A DNA stretch of 63,815 nt, filler included, from Hyphochytrium catenoides (taxonomy: Eukaryota; Protista; Hyphochytriomycota), in NCBI GenBank assembly GCA_900088475.1. It is 10 parts of 10 records of this genome, joined end to end, with 100 filler letters (N's around TTAATTAATTAA, not from the genome) between each part and the next. Parts side by side here need not be neighbours in the genome. Positions count along the whole stretch, not along the records: positions 20,193 to 38,432 come from FLMG01002403.1; 9 more parts are not named here. The stretch is one strand, 5' to 3'. Of this stretch, positions 24,548 through 37,800 are shown one piece after another. Within the stretch, counting starts at the first letter, position 1, and each line of letters opens with the position of its first letter. A program made the translations under genes and the position numbers. The notes under the pieces were generated by a model. It saw only the letters and a program-made list of their open reading frames with translations. It ran no database searches and was not told the DNA's origin.

Positions 24548-27267
24548 CTACTCTAGCCCCGAGTTATTAAGCGCACTGGCCACCTCACTTGAGGTGACGC
24601 CGTACCGCTCTCTCTCCTCTTGCTCCTTCCTTTTCTTCTCCTCCACCTCTTTCGTACTCAAAGCACTATCCTGCTCCTCCGCAATCTCCCAGGAAGACGG
24701 ACCAAAGAAGAGATAGCGCCGCCAGCCCCTTCTAGTCTTTGTCAGTCGAACCTCCGGCGCGCGGGCGCTTCCTTCTTCCTCTGCGGCTATTACTTCTCTC
24801 ATAGCCGCCGAGATGTTGCCTTGGGCGGCCTTTAGTCCTTCTTCATAGCGGCGATAAAACTGGGCCAATCCGGGAACGATGTTGTTCTCAGCGTCCACAT
24901 GAGAATCGACTGAGCAAACCACTAGGGACGCTTCAGAAAACTCCTGACGCACGAGCAACAAAGAAAGGAAATAGTGAAAACAATCGTTACAACGGGAACG
25001 CAAGAAAGGGGTAGTTGAGAGGGAAGTAAGCCGTGGATCAGAGCAGCTCAGCTTACGCCAAGAGACTAGCTTAGCCACAATCAGGGTCGCCAAGAACGGG
25101 AACCACCACCAAAGTCGAAGGAGAGATGACCGGACTAGAGCGACACCATTTGGTGGCCATAGAGCTCTAAACAAGCCTTAAGGCTGAAAGAAGGGAAACA
25201 GAGATCCATATAGCAAAAGAAAAAAGGAAGAAAAGCGGATAACAGACAATAAAGACCCATCATCTGAGGCGAGTCAGACCTTGGAGAACTGGTCAGCAAC
25301 CTCGGGGATGATGAGAAAGGAGGTCACAGTGACCTTGTCCAGTGAGACTCCCCGTTTCTGCAGTTTCTGATAGTGGGAAACTGTAAGAAGGCGCCAGCTC
25401 AGAGTATCCTAAACGCCACATACGCCTACAGCCCTCTCCACTCTTCGTTACCATAGCTAGTCTCCTGCTGTCTTCTCATTGCATATTCCTTGAGTTCCCC
25501 GATATCCTTGTCTTACCTTGAGGACATGCTTCAGTCTCTCTAGTGAGGTTATCTCAGGCTCAAAGAGAACCACATGCCGATCCGAAATGTCCTCAGGAAC
25601 AGCGTATCTGACTACCTAAAGAGACCGTGATCACCAAGAAAGAGACCGCAGGAGACGGTCAGGAGTGGGAAAGGATCCATAAATGAGTTACGCCTAAAGA
25701 CAGATCTCTTACATCTAGAACGCCTTGCTCGCTTCCGGTCTTGTCGACCACAAAATGCCCGGAGGTCGCGTCAGAAGGTGCAGCGCTAAGGAGAACAGCC
25801 TCATACGCACTATTGCAGATCTCAATTAATACCTCGAACAATACGAAGGACCAAGAACGACAATAGAAGGCGTAGGGAGAGGGAGGAAAAAGGAGGAAGC
25901 GAGGAAGGTCCAGAAAGAGCTTCTTACTCATAAGTATGCGCGCGATTATATAGAATTGGCGCCAAGCAAAGCTTAACGTCGTCCTCGTGGGCGACTCCTA
26001 GCGTCTTTAGGCCTGCGGGCGTCTCTACAACGGCCTGAAGAGGTATCAATGGTGGCACACGAGAGATGTCAGACAGGAGAATGTAAAGAGCACGACTATC
26101 AGAATCCATAAAATAGGAGGACGTTCAAAACTTCCTGTCCGTGCGTGCTGCTTTCTCTCTCCATTAGTCTCACCTCCTCGTCTAGAGGCAATGACGCTAA
26201 AGCGTGCTCCGTCAATAATCTCAGAAGCCTATTTGAGGCCTTCACAAAGGCAGCTCCTGGGTGGAAATAGCGTGGGTCACGTCAAACAGACAGACATAAC
26301 GTGATGAGGTATCCTAGGGCCAAACGAGAGGTGTAACACAGCTGGAAAGAAAAGCAGATAGAGGGGAATCACAGCGTTGAAAAGTATTCAGAGGGTAGAA
26401 ATACATAGGTTAATGTGACCTGTGTTACTCTTGTCTCTCATGTATGTCAGGACTAAAGCGACCGGCGGGAGTTCCAGGTCCAGGATGTTAACGTTAGGGT
26501 GCTACTTCGGCGCGGGACGAGAGAAAGATGTTTTAGCGGTGCATGGAATTGAAAGGTAGAGACAGAAAATGGGAGAGAGGGAGACCGTTAGGTGAGAGGA
26601 ATTGAAAGAGATTAGAAGACAGATCCTGAGAACGAAGCTCTAGTGAGGTGAAAGAATGTATATCTCGGTGAGAGAAGAGAAGTTGGTAGCTGGAGATGAT
26701 TGGGACTAGATGGGTCGTGACAATTGACAATGACACAAGAGGATAGGGTTTACCTTCGCCTTCCACACCTCCTGCCTGAAACCGACACCCACAGCCGCAC
26801 TGCGAATGGGGCCACGCCGAAAACAGGGGGAAGAGAGAGAGAGAATAAGAGGGAAAGGTAAGAGAAATAAGAGAGAGAGAGAGAGTAAAGGTAAGTATTC
26901 AGAAGGAAAAGAAGGACACAGTATGGACAGATATAGTTAGCAGGAAAGAGGATCCTTGGCAAAGAGCTACGCACTTTGGCACAAAAACCTTCGACTCTTC
27001 GCATTCTACTGAGTCATTTAAGGAGCTGGCGGCGATGGCGCATAGGCTGCTGGCAAGTAACGCAGCTGCTGCCATCTGTTTCACTCGTTGGCGCCTTAGT
27101 TCCTCCTTTGCCGCTTCTGTTGCCGCATAGGAGAGACTGATGGCAACAGGTCTGGTAATGTGTGTATGAACGCTTCGAACAGCTCTCGAAGCATTAGGTA
27201 TCGCGGACAGAGACAAGCAGCCGTTAGCCCGGGCGCTCAGCTTGGACATCCTTAGAAACGGACTCAT
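24548..27267 (-). CDS. Uracil phosphoribosyltransferase-like protein, divergent, with N-terminal targeting-like extension; multi-exon
   Basis: Collinear UPRT blocks: LTYMRDKSNT, FVKASNRLLRLLTEHALASLP, VETPAG, YAVPEDISDRHVVLFEP, RGVSLDKV, LVVCSVDSHVDAENNIVPGLAQFYRRY. Confidence 0.75.
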
Positions 27268-28275
27268 TGTTTGCGGCTTAGTTAATTAGCTTCCAAAGAG
27301 AGATGTTTGTTGACAAGGAGTGGCCCCCACCGCCTCAAGCGCGTCGTAAGAAAAAGAAAGAAAAAGCAACGATATACTTTCGCCAACAAAGAAAGGACAG
27401 GCTCCAACCTCAGAGCCTCAAAGACAGCGGCAATGGCGTACACTGTTTCCTCAACGAGAAGTTTAGAGATCTGTCTGAAACTTCGGATCTGCAGACAGAA
27501 GGATCCAGAGATCTGCTAGCGAGGCCGCAGAGACCGAACCGCAGAGGAACATAAGCAAGCCAAGGTATTGGACAGACAGAGAAGCTTTGTTCTCAATGAT
27601 GCGAATCCTGTTCTTTTTGCCTTCAGTTACAAAAGCATCAAAAGATCTACAACAAGTATAAGTAAACAAGAAGAGGAGGGCTACTTGAAGGAAGATATTG
27701 GCCGAAGCTCTCTCTTTGATTCTCTTCGGTGATGGAGAAACAGTACAAGATACTTACATGTTGTTTGTACTTGTACAAGTACTTATATTTATATAAACCG
27801 ACCAGAATGTGCGTTCACGCTCGAACTTGGTTGAATTGAGGTTGAGCACACACATGTCTGTTGTGCGCTCATGGCATCTAAGCCGAAGTTGCGTAATTAC
27901 TACGGGTCGATTTGTGTGCGCAAGGGACATCCTATGTGCGTCAACTACCAAGACAGGGCTGAAGTGATGGTTGTGGAGACAGAAAGCGCACCAGAAGAAG
28001 GCGAGAGGCGCAGCACTGTTGACGCTGCAGGAGCGAGCTCAAGCAGTCATCATGGTTCTCTTTCTACCTTCTCTCATAGGAAAAATGTGTCCGACCACGA
28101 GGACTCACGAGCCATCAAGCGTCTTTGCGTCTCTTCTTCTACATTCTTTCTCCCGTGCTTTCATCTAACTCATGTCCCTAAGATATTTCTTTGACATGTC
28201 AGACTTATTAAAGTTTACGGAGATCTTTCATGAGATGCTGTTCATCTGGTTTGATAGGACCACACAGAAGCCAAG

Positions 28276-29199
28276 TTATTTCCTGACCCTTTTCAGTTTC
28301 CGGTTAGTCTGTCGATGGAGCTTGTGATAATCGGTTAGCTTCGTCTTGGTTTCCGGATCCATCTTTTCTATGGCATATCGAAGGCCCTCAGGACTGATGT
28401 TTGCTGCATTCTCTTTCAAGAAATCGATACAGCGAGGTCGGTTCTTCTTTGCGGCTTCCCTCAAGACCCAGCCGCACCCAAGCTGCACGAAGCGGTGATC
28501 CATATCTAGGGCAGTCTCACATATGGAAAGAATAACGTCCTCAAAGTCGTGATGAGGTTTGCAGAGTTTCACAAAGCTCACGGCACTTGCTCGCCTCTTC
28601 CAGGGGTTCTCTGATGTCTTCCACGTGCTCACTACATCTGCTAGTGAAGGAAAGGTCTCGATAAGGGGGCAGAGACCTCTTGAGGATAGGCCGTCAGTCG
28701 TTGCCCAATCAAAGACGAGATGCTGGTCAAAGAGGTCACTGATCGAGTGGACCGCTTCCGTCGCCGATGTGATATCCTGTCTAAGAAGCTTCGAGTAGCA
28801 GTGATAAGTAAGCACTCCGCAGTGCTTCATCTCATGATGCCGGTCTTGAATGCAAGCGGACGCAGTATCAATTATTGCCCTGATAGATGGAGAGGGCCCC
28901 AGGGAGCTAACTACCTCCTTCTTGTGAACCTTCTCAATGGTGGGATAAGTGAGGCCGTAGAAGAGATTCACATGTTTCAGATATGCAGACTGCTTCAGGG
29001 CTAAGGTCTCCGATCCAGCATTTTGCAAGGCCAGTCGCAGCCGTTCTATTAAAGTTCTTGTTACAATTGTCTGGGGACCTGTGGTGAAGCGCCTGGGTGC
29101 TTCTTCTCCTGGGGCTTTCCTCTTGACGGCGCCCGTTATGCGCTCATTGGCGGCTGCCTTGGCGGCTCTTACGGTGATACTTCTGGCAGAGACCTGCAT
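28276..29199 (-). CDS. AlkD-family DNA alkylation repair enzyme (HEAT-like glycosylase); intronless
   Basis: Motifs SAYLK..FYGLTYP, FDWATTDGL, WKTSENPWKRRAS, DHRFVQLGCGWVLRE, LRYAIEKM. First in-frame ATG at 29199. Confidence 0.85.
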   Translation of the reverse strand: MQVSARSITVRAAKAAANERITGAVKRKAPGEEAPRRFTTGPQTIVTRTLIERLRLALQNAGSETLALKQSAYLKHVNLFYGLTYPTIEKVHKKEVVSSLGPSPSIRAIIDTASACIQDRHHEMKHCGVLTYHCYSKLLRQDITSATEAVHSISDLFDQHLVFDWATTDGLSSRGLCPLIETFPSLADVVSTWKTSENPWKRRASAVSFVKLCKPHHDFEDVILSICETALDMDHRFVQLGCGWVLREAAKKNRPRCIDFLKENAANISPEGLRYAIEKMDPETKTKLTDYHKLHRQTNRKLKRVRK

Positions 29200-29414
29200 G
29201 GGGGCTGACAGCACATAGTATACGTGATCACTTCTCTTCTCTCAATCTACCGGGGACCCGTCAGCAGGAGAGAAAAGATAGAAGGGCAAGCTGTAGAGTC
29301 TTTGTCCAAGCCCCCTAAAGCGGAGCCCAAGAACAGCTGCATAGTTGCCTAGCTGGTGAGCTGCAGAGCTGTAGTGACTCCTGAAGCCGCAACTCTACTT
29401 GGAACCTTTGCTAA

Positions 29415-29884
29415 TAAGGGCCTAGATTATCGACGAGACCCGTATACAGGAGTACCATATACGGGTCTGACCGTTTGCGACACACACTCTCTGTTTTAGT
29501 AGCTGTACAAGACTTCTGACCATGGCTATCGGGATGGTGCAGTACAGTACGGGATTGGGACAGCTAACGGCCACTCTGTTGCATTTTTCCAATTTTCTCT
29601 AATTTTCTAGTTTGCATGATTATCAAGCTTGGCGTATTTGAGAGATCTAGGCTTGGTGATTCCGTCCAAAGGTGGGAGTTGTTGCTGTGTTTACATTTGA
29701 TGTGGTTATCATCTCTTGCTAGGTCGAAGATCTAATATGTGATTTCTTCGTACGGGCCAGTACCGTATGGTACGGGTTAAGGGTAACCGGTCTCACCCGT
29801 ACGTGCGTTAGCGGATAGAATTGCGGTTAACGGGCTATTTCTCTACGGTACGGCCCGTACGGGGTGTCGATAATTATGCCCCTA
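29415..29884. mobile_element. Non-autonomous DNA transposon/MITE (hAT-like), about 470 bp
   Basis: Imperfect TIRs TAAGGGCCTAGATTATCGAC and GTCGATAATTATGCCCCTA, with TACGGG/CCCGTA subterminal motifs clustered at both ends. No clean TSD. Confidence 0.6.
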
Positions 29885-30272
29885 AGATTGCTTCAAACAG
29901 AAAGCCAAGCTGGATCTGACTGGTTATAGAGCGGCTAACGGCTGAGTTGCCTACATTTGCAGACACGCCGTATTCTAGAATTCATACGACGACGTAATGA
30001 ATAAAGCTATTTGGAACCCTTCCGATCGGGAATAGATTCTCAGATTCTAATGTCCCACGGTTTTGGTGCTTTTGGTCTGTCTTTCGCACTTCATCTGTAG
30101 CCCGCACTCCGATATCTCTTGCGGGGTGGGTGGAGGTGTACAACGTGCAACAGCATCTCTCTGTCTATGGCAGTCTTCACTCTGTGTCGTCGTTTACTGT
30201 CTATTGATCTGTCTCCAACATCTCTCTTTTCCTCTCTGTCTCTCCCACTCCCTACCTCTCTCTTTCACCCCT

Positions 30273-30331
<59 letters not shown>

Positions 30332-30884
30332 TCTCTCTCTGTCAGTCGCTGTTGAGGGCTCTGACTATAAATCCTGGCGCCATCTCCCTTCTCGTTTCTT
30401 GGCTCTTCTTTCTTTCCGTCAATCAATCTTCCTCAGTCTCATGGCGCTGATCTCTTCTTCCTCTCTCACGCAACTTCATCTGCCAGTGTCCTCTCCTATC
30501 TCTTCTATTGTGACTGCGCTTGGACGGGAAGGCCAACGAGGAGCACGGCCAGTAAACTGGAAGAGACAGAGCGCGCAGACAAAAACAGCGGACAGCCTTA
30601 CTATTGACCTCTAACTAGATCTTCTTGTTAGCAAGCGTAAGGCTCACCGTCATCGGTAGCTGGGAACAGGTGGCGGATGGTGGAGCTGAAACCTTTGGCA
30701 TCCTCGGGCTTTCCTAGTGCTGGGAATGGTTCTGTCTGTGCTAGCGAAGCGTAACGTGTCCCCAGGGTGCTTAAAGTGAACCAGCGCCTTCCTTAAGAAG
30801 GACTACGATCGATCGCCTAGGGCGGCAGATAGAAAACGAGAGAAAGAGAGAGAGAGAAGAGCAGCAGCGGGTGCGGTTGGAGAC

Positions 30885-31071
30885 ATGGCGGTACGGCTGG
30901 AAGAGTGGCCGGTTTCGGTGGAAGGCTATGAGGTCAGAGAGCAGATAGGACAGGTACGACGCGGAGACCATGGGGTTTTAGGTGGGAGCAAGCAGTGTTC
31001 GAAGGGGTTCGGGCAGCGCCTGACCACAGAGGTTGGGCCAGAGAGACAGAGAAAGATAGAAGAGAAGGTGA

Positions 31072-31103
<32 letters not shown>

Positions 31104-31413
31104 GAGAGGACGAAGGGTAGATATTGAAAGAGAAGCCCAGGAGCGGACACGCACACACGAGGTGTCACTAATGGTAGGCCATCACCCTCTCTCTTTTCTC
31201 TTCTGTCTCTCTCTTCTCTCTGTCTTTATCTATCTACCTTCATAGGGAGCGTTCGCTAAGGTTTATAAAGCGTACTGCCCCTCACGGAACTCGTTCGTCG
31301 CGGTGAAGATCATGGACCTCGAGCGAGTGACCTCTAATTTTGAGGATATTAGAGTAAGCATTAGGCTTTGACGCGCACTAGAAATCTTTAGCTCTATTCT
31401 TCTCTACTTTGAA

Positions 31414-31448
<35 letters not shown>

Positions 31449-34234
31449 CCTAGTAGTGTGGCGTCACTCTTCTTGCGTTATAACCCTTTCTGTCGTATCC
31501 TGATCATCCATCATGCTTCTGAGAGGCTAGTTCAGTCCCCAAGCCGTTCTCCAAGACGTCTCTCCATATTATGCACTCTGCCATGCTCTCATTAGAAACC
31601 AAGGACTCATCTGTACGCACCTTGCGCTCTTCTCTAACCTGCAGTCTGAAGTTCACACTATGAGAATGACGAGTCACCCTGACGTCCTGACTTGTCACGC
31701 AAGGTAAGCTGAACTCCTATGGACGCTGTCGATATAACATCTCAATCCTTCCGTCCCCTGGGCTCTCCTGTCTCTAACCCTATTCCTGGTGCTATTCTTG
31801 CCTTCTCACCGCGTCCTCCAGCTTTGTCCATAAAGAACAGCTTTGGCTCATCATGCCATACATGAGCAAAGGTAAAGAGAGCGTATGTACCTCTACTATC
31901 GCCAAACCTGTCTTTCTTCCTTTCAACGTGACCGCAAGGCTAGACCTGCTTCTTCTATTCAGCGCTCGCTGTGTCTTCTTTGCTGTAACTCTCTCCTAAC
32001 ATACCTCGACCCTTTCATTTTGGACCTGTATAGGGTCCTGTCTGCATGTGATGAACGTACTAAAGAAGGAAGGCAAGGGTGAAGGACTGAAGGTGAGCTG
32101 GCCGGTTGAGGCTCTTTGTATCCCTTGTAACTATTGACCGACTGACTTCAACCAGGAGGAATGGATAGCAACCGTTCTTAAAGAGGCGCTGCAAGGCTTA
32201 GAATACTTTCATAACAATGGACAGATACACAGGTACTTGCAGGCCTTCGCTGAAGGGAAATGAAGGACACGAGCGTGTTTAGACGTTGATATCAGAAAGG
32301 GGAGAGTGACTTCTATCTCCTGCCGTGACTCTCTCTGACCCCTCTCTGCGCACTTGTATAGAGACATTAAGGCCGGAAATATTCTTCTTGACGGCGAGGG
32401 AAATGTTAAGATTGCAGACTTCGGCGTTTCCGGCTGGCTAATGGAAGGTGGAGATCGGCGGAAGAACAGAAGGGTACCTGGATGACTTCTTAGCTCTCTG
32501 TTCTCTTCGCTTTTTCTTCTCTTCCTGTGTACCCTGTCCCTTGGTCTCTTTCTTTCTCGTTTTCTTCTCTCTCTTATCGATTGTGTTAACTGTTCCTCTG
32601 ACTACTATCCATTGCCTAGACGTTCGTGGGCACGCCGTGCTGGATGGCTCCTGAGGTGATGGAGCAATCTCATGGCTATGACTGCAAGGTAGGACTTATA
32701 TATGTCTTTCCTATCCGTTTGTTCCTCACTGGCCGCACTCTTCTTTGACGTTTTCGACGGGCAGGCGGATATCTGGTCAATCGGCATCACAGCGCTAGAG
32801 TTGGCAAAAGGATATGCCCCTTATGCTAAGTACCAGCCCATGAAGGTAGAAAATTGAGGCAACAACATTCTTAGGCCTAACACTATTCTTCGTAGGTTGT
32901 CCTACATACGGAGGATATCGCCTTTGACTTTCTTCTTGGTCTTTTCTTCCTCATGCCAGTCGTCACCCTTCATCGTTTGACGTTGCTTTCTGTCCTAGGT
33001 CTTACTACTTACACTGCAAGAGGATCCGCCGTCGCTTCGATCGTATGAGGTAAGAAGAGAGATTCCACCACTTGGGTGCACCTAGTTAGGAAATAACAGG
33101 CGTTGATTTGGTTGCGTCCAGGGTGGAGACAAGGGGAACTTCTCTAGAAAGTATAAGGACCTAGTGAGGCTCTGCCTGCAAAAAGATCCAACAAAGAGGT
33201 ACCTCCCTTGCGGGCTTTTCCTCCGCATTTCTCTCTGTCCCTGACTTTGTCATGGCTCATGGTCTCTTACTCACTTCTTTGTAGGCATCCCTCCCTGTCT
33301 CTTCGCCTTGTCCTCGTCTTCTTTCCCCTGTTCATTCCTGTACTTTGTTTGCTTTCATCGGCTAGAGCTCTGCATTCCCCTCTTTTTCTTTTCCTCTGTC
33401 TTTATCTATGAATTTTCTCCTTCAGCGCTATTTTACGCCCTCAATGCAGAGGCTCTTTCATGCAACTCATGTTGGCAGTGCTGCCTTCTCACCCTGTTTC
33501 CTCCCATACTAGGCCCTCCGCAACGACACTATTGAAGCACGACTTCCTGAGGAAAGCACGGCCTACGTCGACATTGGTAGGTATCGGATAGCTCGCCTCC
33601 TACCGTCCTCTTCATGCCATGCCTCGGCTTTCTCTGTTGGCACATCTCCTCAACATCAGTAAGCAACTAACTATTCCTCACAGAAGGACGAGCTGCTAGC
33701 TGGACTAAAGGACATAGGGGAGGGCTCATTCGCGCCTCCTAATATAGACGACTTACCAGGGTGCGTATACAACTCTCAGGCTTCAAGGCATAGTTAGCCA
33801 GCCATGAGAAAGGGAAAGAGAATTATGGGGAGAGAGACACGAACGGAGGACATTGTTGCTGTAGGAAGAAGACTGATCTGAGTCCGTCCAGGGCTACCCC
33901 TATGTTTATTGATCCAAACGAGCCTCGATACATTCCGGGAACCACCTGGACCTTCGATGACGATGACGAGGTAAGAATGCAGAAGAGCCTTTCCAGAGCT
34001 TATGAACGAGTGAGCCTCACTTCCAATCTTTCTCTAACTGCTGCGCCGCGCTTAGGACAAGCCGAAGTCAGCTGTTATGGACGAGAGCTCTATCGATGAC
34101 TTCGCCGCTCAATTTGAAATGGTACGTACGCTTGCTCACGCCTCCGCACTCCTCCCCGCTAAAAGTCTGGCCGTCTTTCTCTCCTTTACCAGGCGACAGG
34201 AGGCGCAGGAGAAGACTTCAAGAAGCGCCTGTAG
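30885..34234 (+). CDS. STE20-family Ser/Thr kinase, OSR1/SPAK(Fray)-like; many small exons
   Basis: Spliced motifs IGQ|[19 protein letters not shown]|[50 protein letters not shown]|[13 protein letters not shown]. Ends [11 protein letters not shown]. Confidence 0.95.
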
Positions 34235-34484
34235 ACTGAGGGCGCGAGCTGCCTCTGCTGCTGCTGGAAGCTGAGGCGCTGGCTAACAGTGACATAGCGT
34301 TAACGATTTTCGAAATAAATAGCATTCTATAAGAGACATGGCCAAGACATTGTTGATATATTCTGGATATTGCTGGTAGATAGCCCGTAGACTAGCCGTT
34401 ATTTGCGTTGTAATTTGAATGTCCGTTTGGCGGCAAAAGAGGTTTCGCGGCACTTCTCAAAAAGTGCGAAAAGAAGGGCAGAAG

Positions 34485-34660
34485 AGAGAGAGAGAGAGAG
34501 AGAGAGACTCGACGGAGAGAGAGAGAGAGACAGAGAGAGACTCGACGGAGAGAGAGATAGAAAGAGAGAGAGAGAGAGAGACTCGACAGAGAGAAAGAGA
34601 GAAGAGAGACTCGACGGAAAGAGAAAGAGAGCGAGGAGAGACTCGAGGGAGAGAGAGAAA
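34485..34660. repeat. Minisatellite: GACTCGA core embedded in GA repeats, about 5 copies
   Basis: GACTCGA(C/G) recurs near 34507, 34540, 34581, 34609 and 34641. Confidence 0.7.
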
Positions 34661-34861
34661 GAGAAGTATGATCTGTGCCTTCGGGCGTTTGGTTATTTAG
34701 AGACTTTCAAAGATCAAAGGTCAGGATCGTCTTAGGACCTTAAAGGAGATTGCGTCACTAGTTCGGAAGTATCCGCCAGGAATAGAGCACTTGCGGGTCA
34801 TCGGTACTATTCAACAGATATTGCAACAGATCGCGACCAGTCAATAAGAGGAGACGACACT

Positions 34862-37800
34862 ATGTCCCCTCCTCGCCTCTCTTTCGAAGGTAGGCTTCAT
34901 GCTTCTAACTTTGATTTCCATCATCAGACCCTAGAGCCTGTGTCTGATCGCCTTGGTCTTTGGCCTAACGTCTCCAGGGGTCACCGTGCAGCTGCCCACC
35001 GCGTCTGAAGGCCTAGAGTTTGAGTTTGCGAGAGGGCAACTTGTCCTGCACTTTTCAGATTTCTCGGGGCACATCACTCTCTCTCCAGGAGACAAGCCTA
35101 ACGTCTCCCTGACCCAAAGGCGCGATGTAGATATTGCTCTTGCTAAGGCAGCTGCCGATGAGGTTGACGAAGAAATGGATCAGAAGAACGAGGACCCCGA
35201 GGAACATCCGAAGAGAGAGATCTTCGAGGAGAAAGAAAGAGATAGCCATGTCCTTCTTTCACAAGCTAAAATTAGTCAAGCTCTTGATCCAGACGGTGAA
35301 GATGAGAAAGATGACGAAGACGATGAAGAAAAAGCTCAGGTTACGCAGCCCAGCCAAGAGGACATGCTGTCACAGATCGAGGTGGAGCTTGAGCAGGACA
35401 CCGTCCAGTCTGATTCCTCCTCTAGCCCAGAGGTGCCTTCGGCTCCCAAAATCTCATTAAAGGTGACGAAAGAAGATTGTCTCTCTCTTTCCTGGCCGTT
35501 CCTTTCTCTCTCTCTATGATCTCTCCCCGTGTCCTATGCCTCGTTCTGCCCCCAATTCCTTCTGTATCGACCTTCTTTTCCTCTTATACAGCTTCTACTC
35601 CCGCTATAACGTATATTGATCTGGCCCTTATCTTCGCTATCCTGCCTTCCTTCCGTTGAGACAAGAAGCCCGATGATTAACTTCTCACTTTCCCTTGCTT
35701 CAGGAACCCACCAGTCCTATGAATGGGAGCGGCGATGTCCTTGCCCATTCGGCCTTCAAGTCTCCTGACGAGGGTGGTAAGAGGAAGAGGAAGCAAGAGG
35801 ACATCTCTCCTGCTGAGCAAGGGCACCGCAGAGAAGCTCCAGCTAATAGAGAGGAAGTCAAAGAGAACTTACGGCCACTTTCTACTGCTCTGTCGCAGTG
35901 CTTCACGCCATCACCCAACGGCAAGAGGAAGAAGTCGGCCAGTGGTAGGACTTTCTTCCAACAATCTCCTTTCTTTCTTTCTATTCTACTGGCAGAAAGA
36001 GAGCGCCTACACTTTCCCTGGCATCAGGACTGCTTGTGATTCTACAAGTTACTAGGGCTTCTTAGCTCTCTCTTGGCTTTTCCTCCTTGGCCCCAAACGT
36101 ATCGGTGCTCCATTCCTCGACACCCCCAGTGTGGCGTTCTTGGCCTACGTCTAACATTTCTTTCTAGAACTATCGCTATCTTGGAAGGCGGTGACTGCCA
36201 GCGGTACCCTTCCTCCTGGCCTTTGGGGCCACAGTGCTGCCTTGATCAGTGACTCGAAGGTGTTGGTCTATGGCGGGGAAGATGACGGCGAGGTTGCTCT
36301 CGGTGACCTATATGTCTATGACCTAGGTACACCCACAGCTCCTTGTGTCTCCCTTCCCTTTCTGTCCTTGCTCTGTTCACCGTACTCACTCTATCGCCTC
36401 AGATTCCATACAATGGATGGTTTCCTTCCCAGCATTCATCGCGACTACTCAGCTGGCCCTGTCTGCCTTGACAGTCACCGCTTTTTATGGCCTTGTCCAC
36501 TCATTGTCTCTTACATGCTGCTGTTCTCAGAGAAGTCCACGTGGCAGAAGCCTGTCAATTGCCAGAATGTGGCGAGGACCTGGCATAGCTGCACGGCTGT
36601 GCCGGAAAGAAGCATGCTCCTTTTCTTTGGCGGAGAGGTCAATGGCGAGCAGATGGATAAGCTCATGATCTTAGATACAGGTGGGAAACGGCTTCAACGG
36701 GACATTTTCTGTTCTCTCTCAGGCGCGCTCTCGCTGCCTGTGCTCTCTGGGTCTTTTCTTCGTCGTTGTTTCTCTTGCTCTTCCTATCTTGAATCCTGCA
36801 TCTTGCAGGTGTATCATTGGAGCTAAATTTGAATCGTAGGCATCCTTCTCTGGTACCCTGCCGCTGTCAGCGGACCTGCCCCCACAGCCAGGTAGCCCCA
36901 GTAGCTTTTGTCACTGCCGTCGTGATATGCGCGTTTGCGTCTTTCTGCGTCTCCAGCCTCTCCCTGCCTCTATCCCACAGTGATCTGCCACTTCATCGTT
37001 CTCTCCTCCTCTTGTATCTCTCCCTCAGATTTCATCTCTGACCGACCGCCTCTCTGCCTGCCACCTTTCTCACATATCATTTTCAAGGGCCGGACACACT
37101 GCTTCCCTCGTAGGAAACCATGTCTTGGTCTTTGGCGGTGTCCGCCGAGGAAAGTGGCAGAACTCATTGCATCTCCTTAACATCGGTACGTCGTCATCGT
37201 CCTTCCTGGAGAGTCCCAAAACGTCCTCCTTCTTTCTACCACTCGCTCTCTGCTTCTCTCTTCTCTGCTTTAGTCATTTTCTGGTTCAGATAGCATCTCC
37301 TCTTCCCTGTTTTACATCTGTCTCCCCTCACCCGCCTCTTTAACTTTTCTCTCTCCCACTCTTTGTTATTTGGTCACTAGACTCTTGGCAATGGTCCAGA
37401 CCCACGGTACGAGGTAAAGCTCCTCGACCGCGGAGCTACCATTCAGCCACTGTTATGGGCCAAGACCTTGTTGTCTTTGGTGGGAACGACCAGTTTGAGA
37501 GCTTCAACGAAGTGCACGTCCTCCGTGTAAAAGAGCAACAAGGGGAGAGAGGAAGAGGGAGAGACAGTAGCGATGGCTCTCTCTCTTGCGAGTGGTTCCA
37601 TCCAGTCGTGTTGGGTGAGGCGCCGTGCCCTCGCACAGGACACATTGCGGTGAAGGTGTCAGAGACTCTGATGCTGGTGGCTGGAGGGTGGGACATCTCT
37701 GCAGGGACAGAAGTGTACTTCGATGACGCTTTCCTCTTAGACACAGGTACTTGAAGAAGAGAGATCCTCAGAGAGAGACAGAGAAAGAGAAGAAGAGGGA

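Noticed and set aside
27303-28194. Short plus-strand ORFs divergent from the UPRT-like gene
   Set aside because: No family motif and no convincing exon chain.
34485-34660. Repeat-spacer pattern as a CRISPR array
   Set aside because: The spacers are GA microsatellite, the context is eukaryotic, and there are no cas genes.
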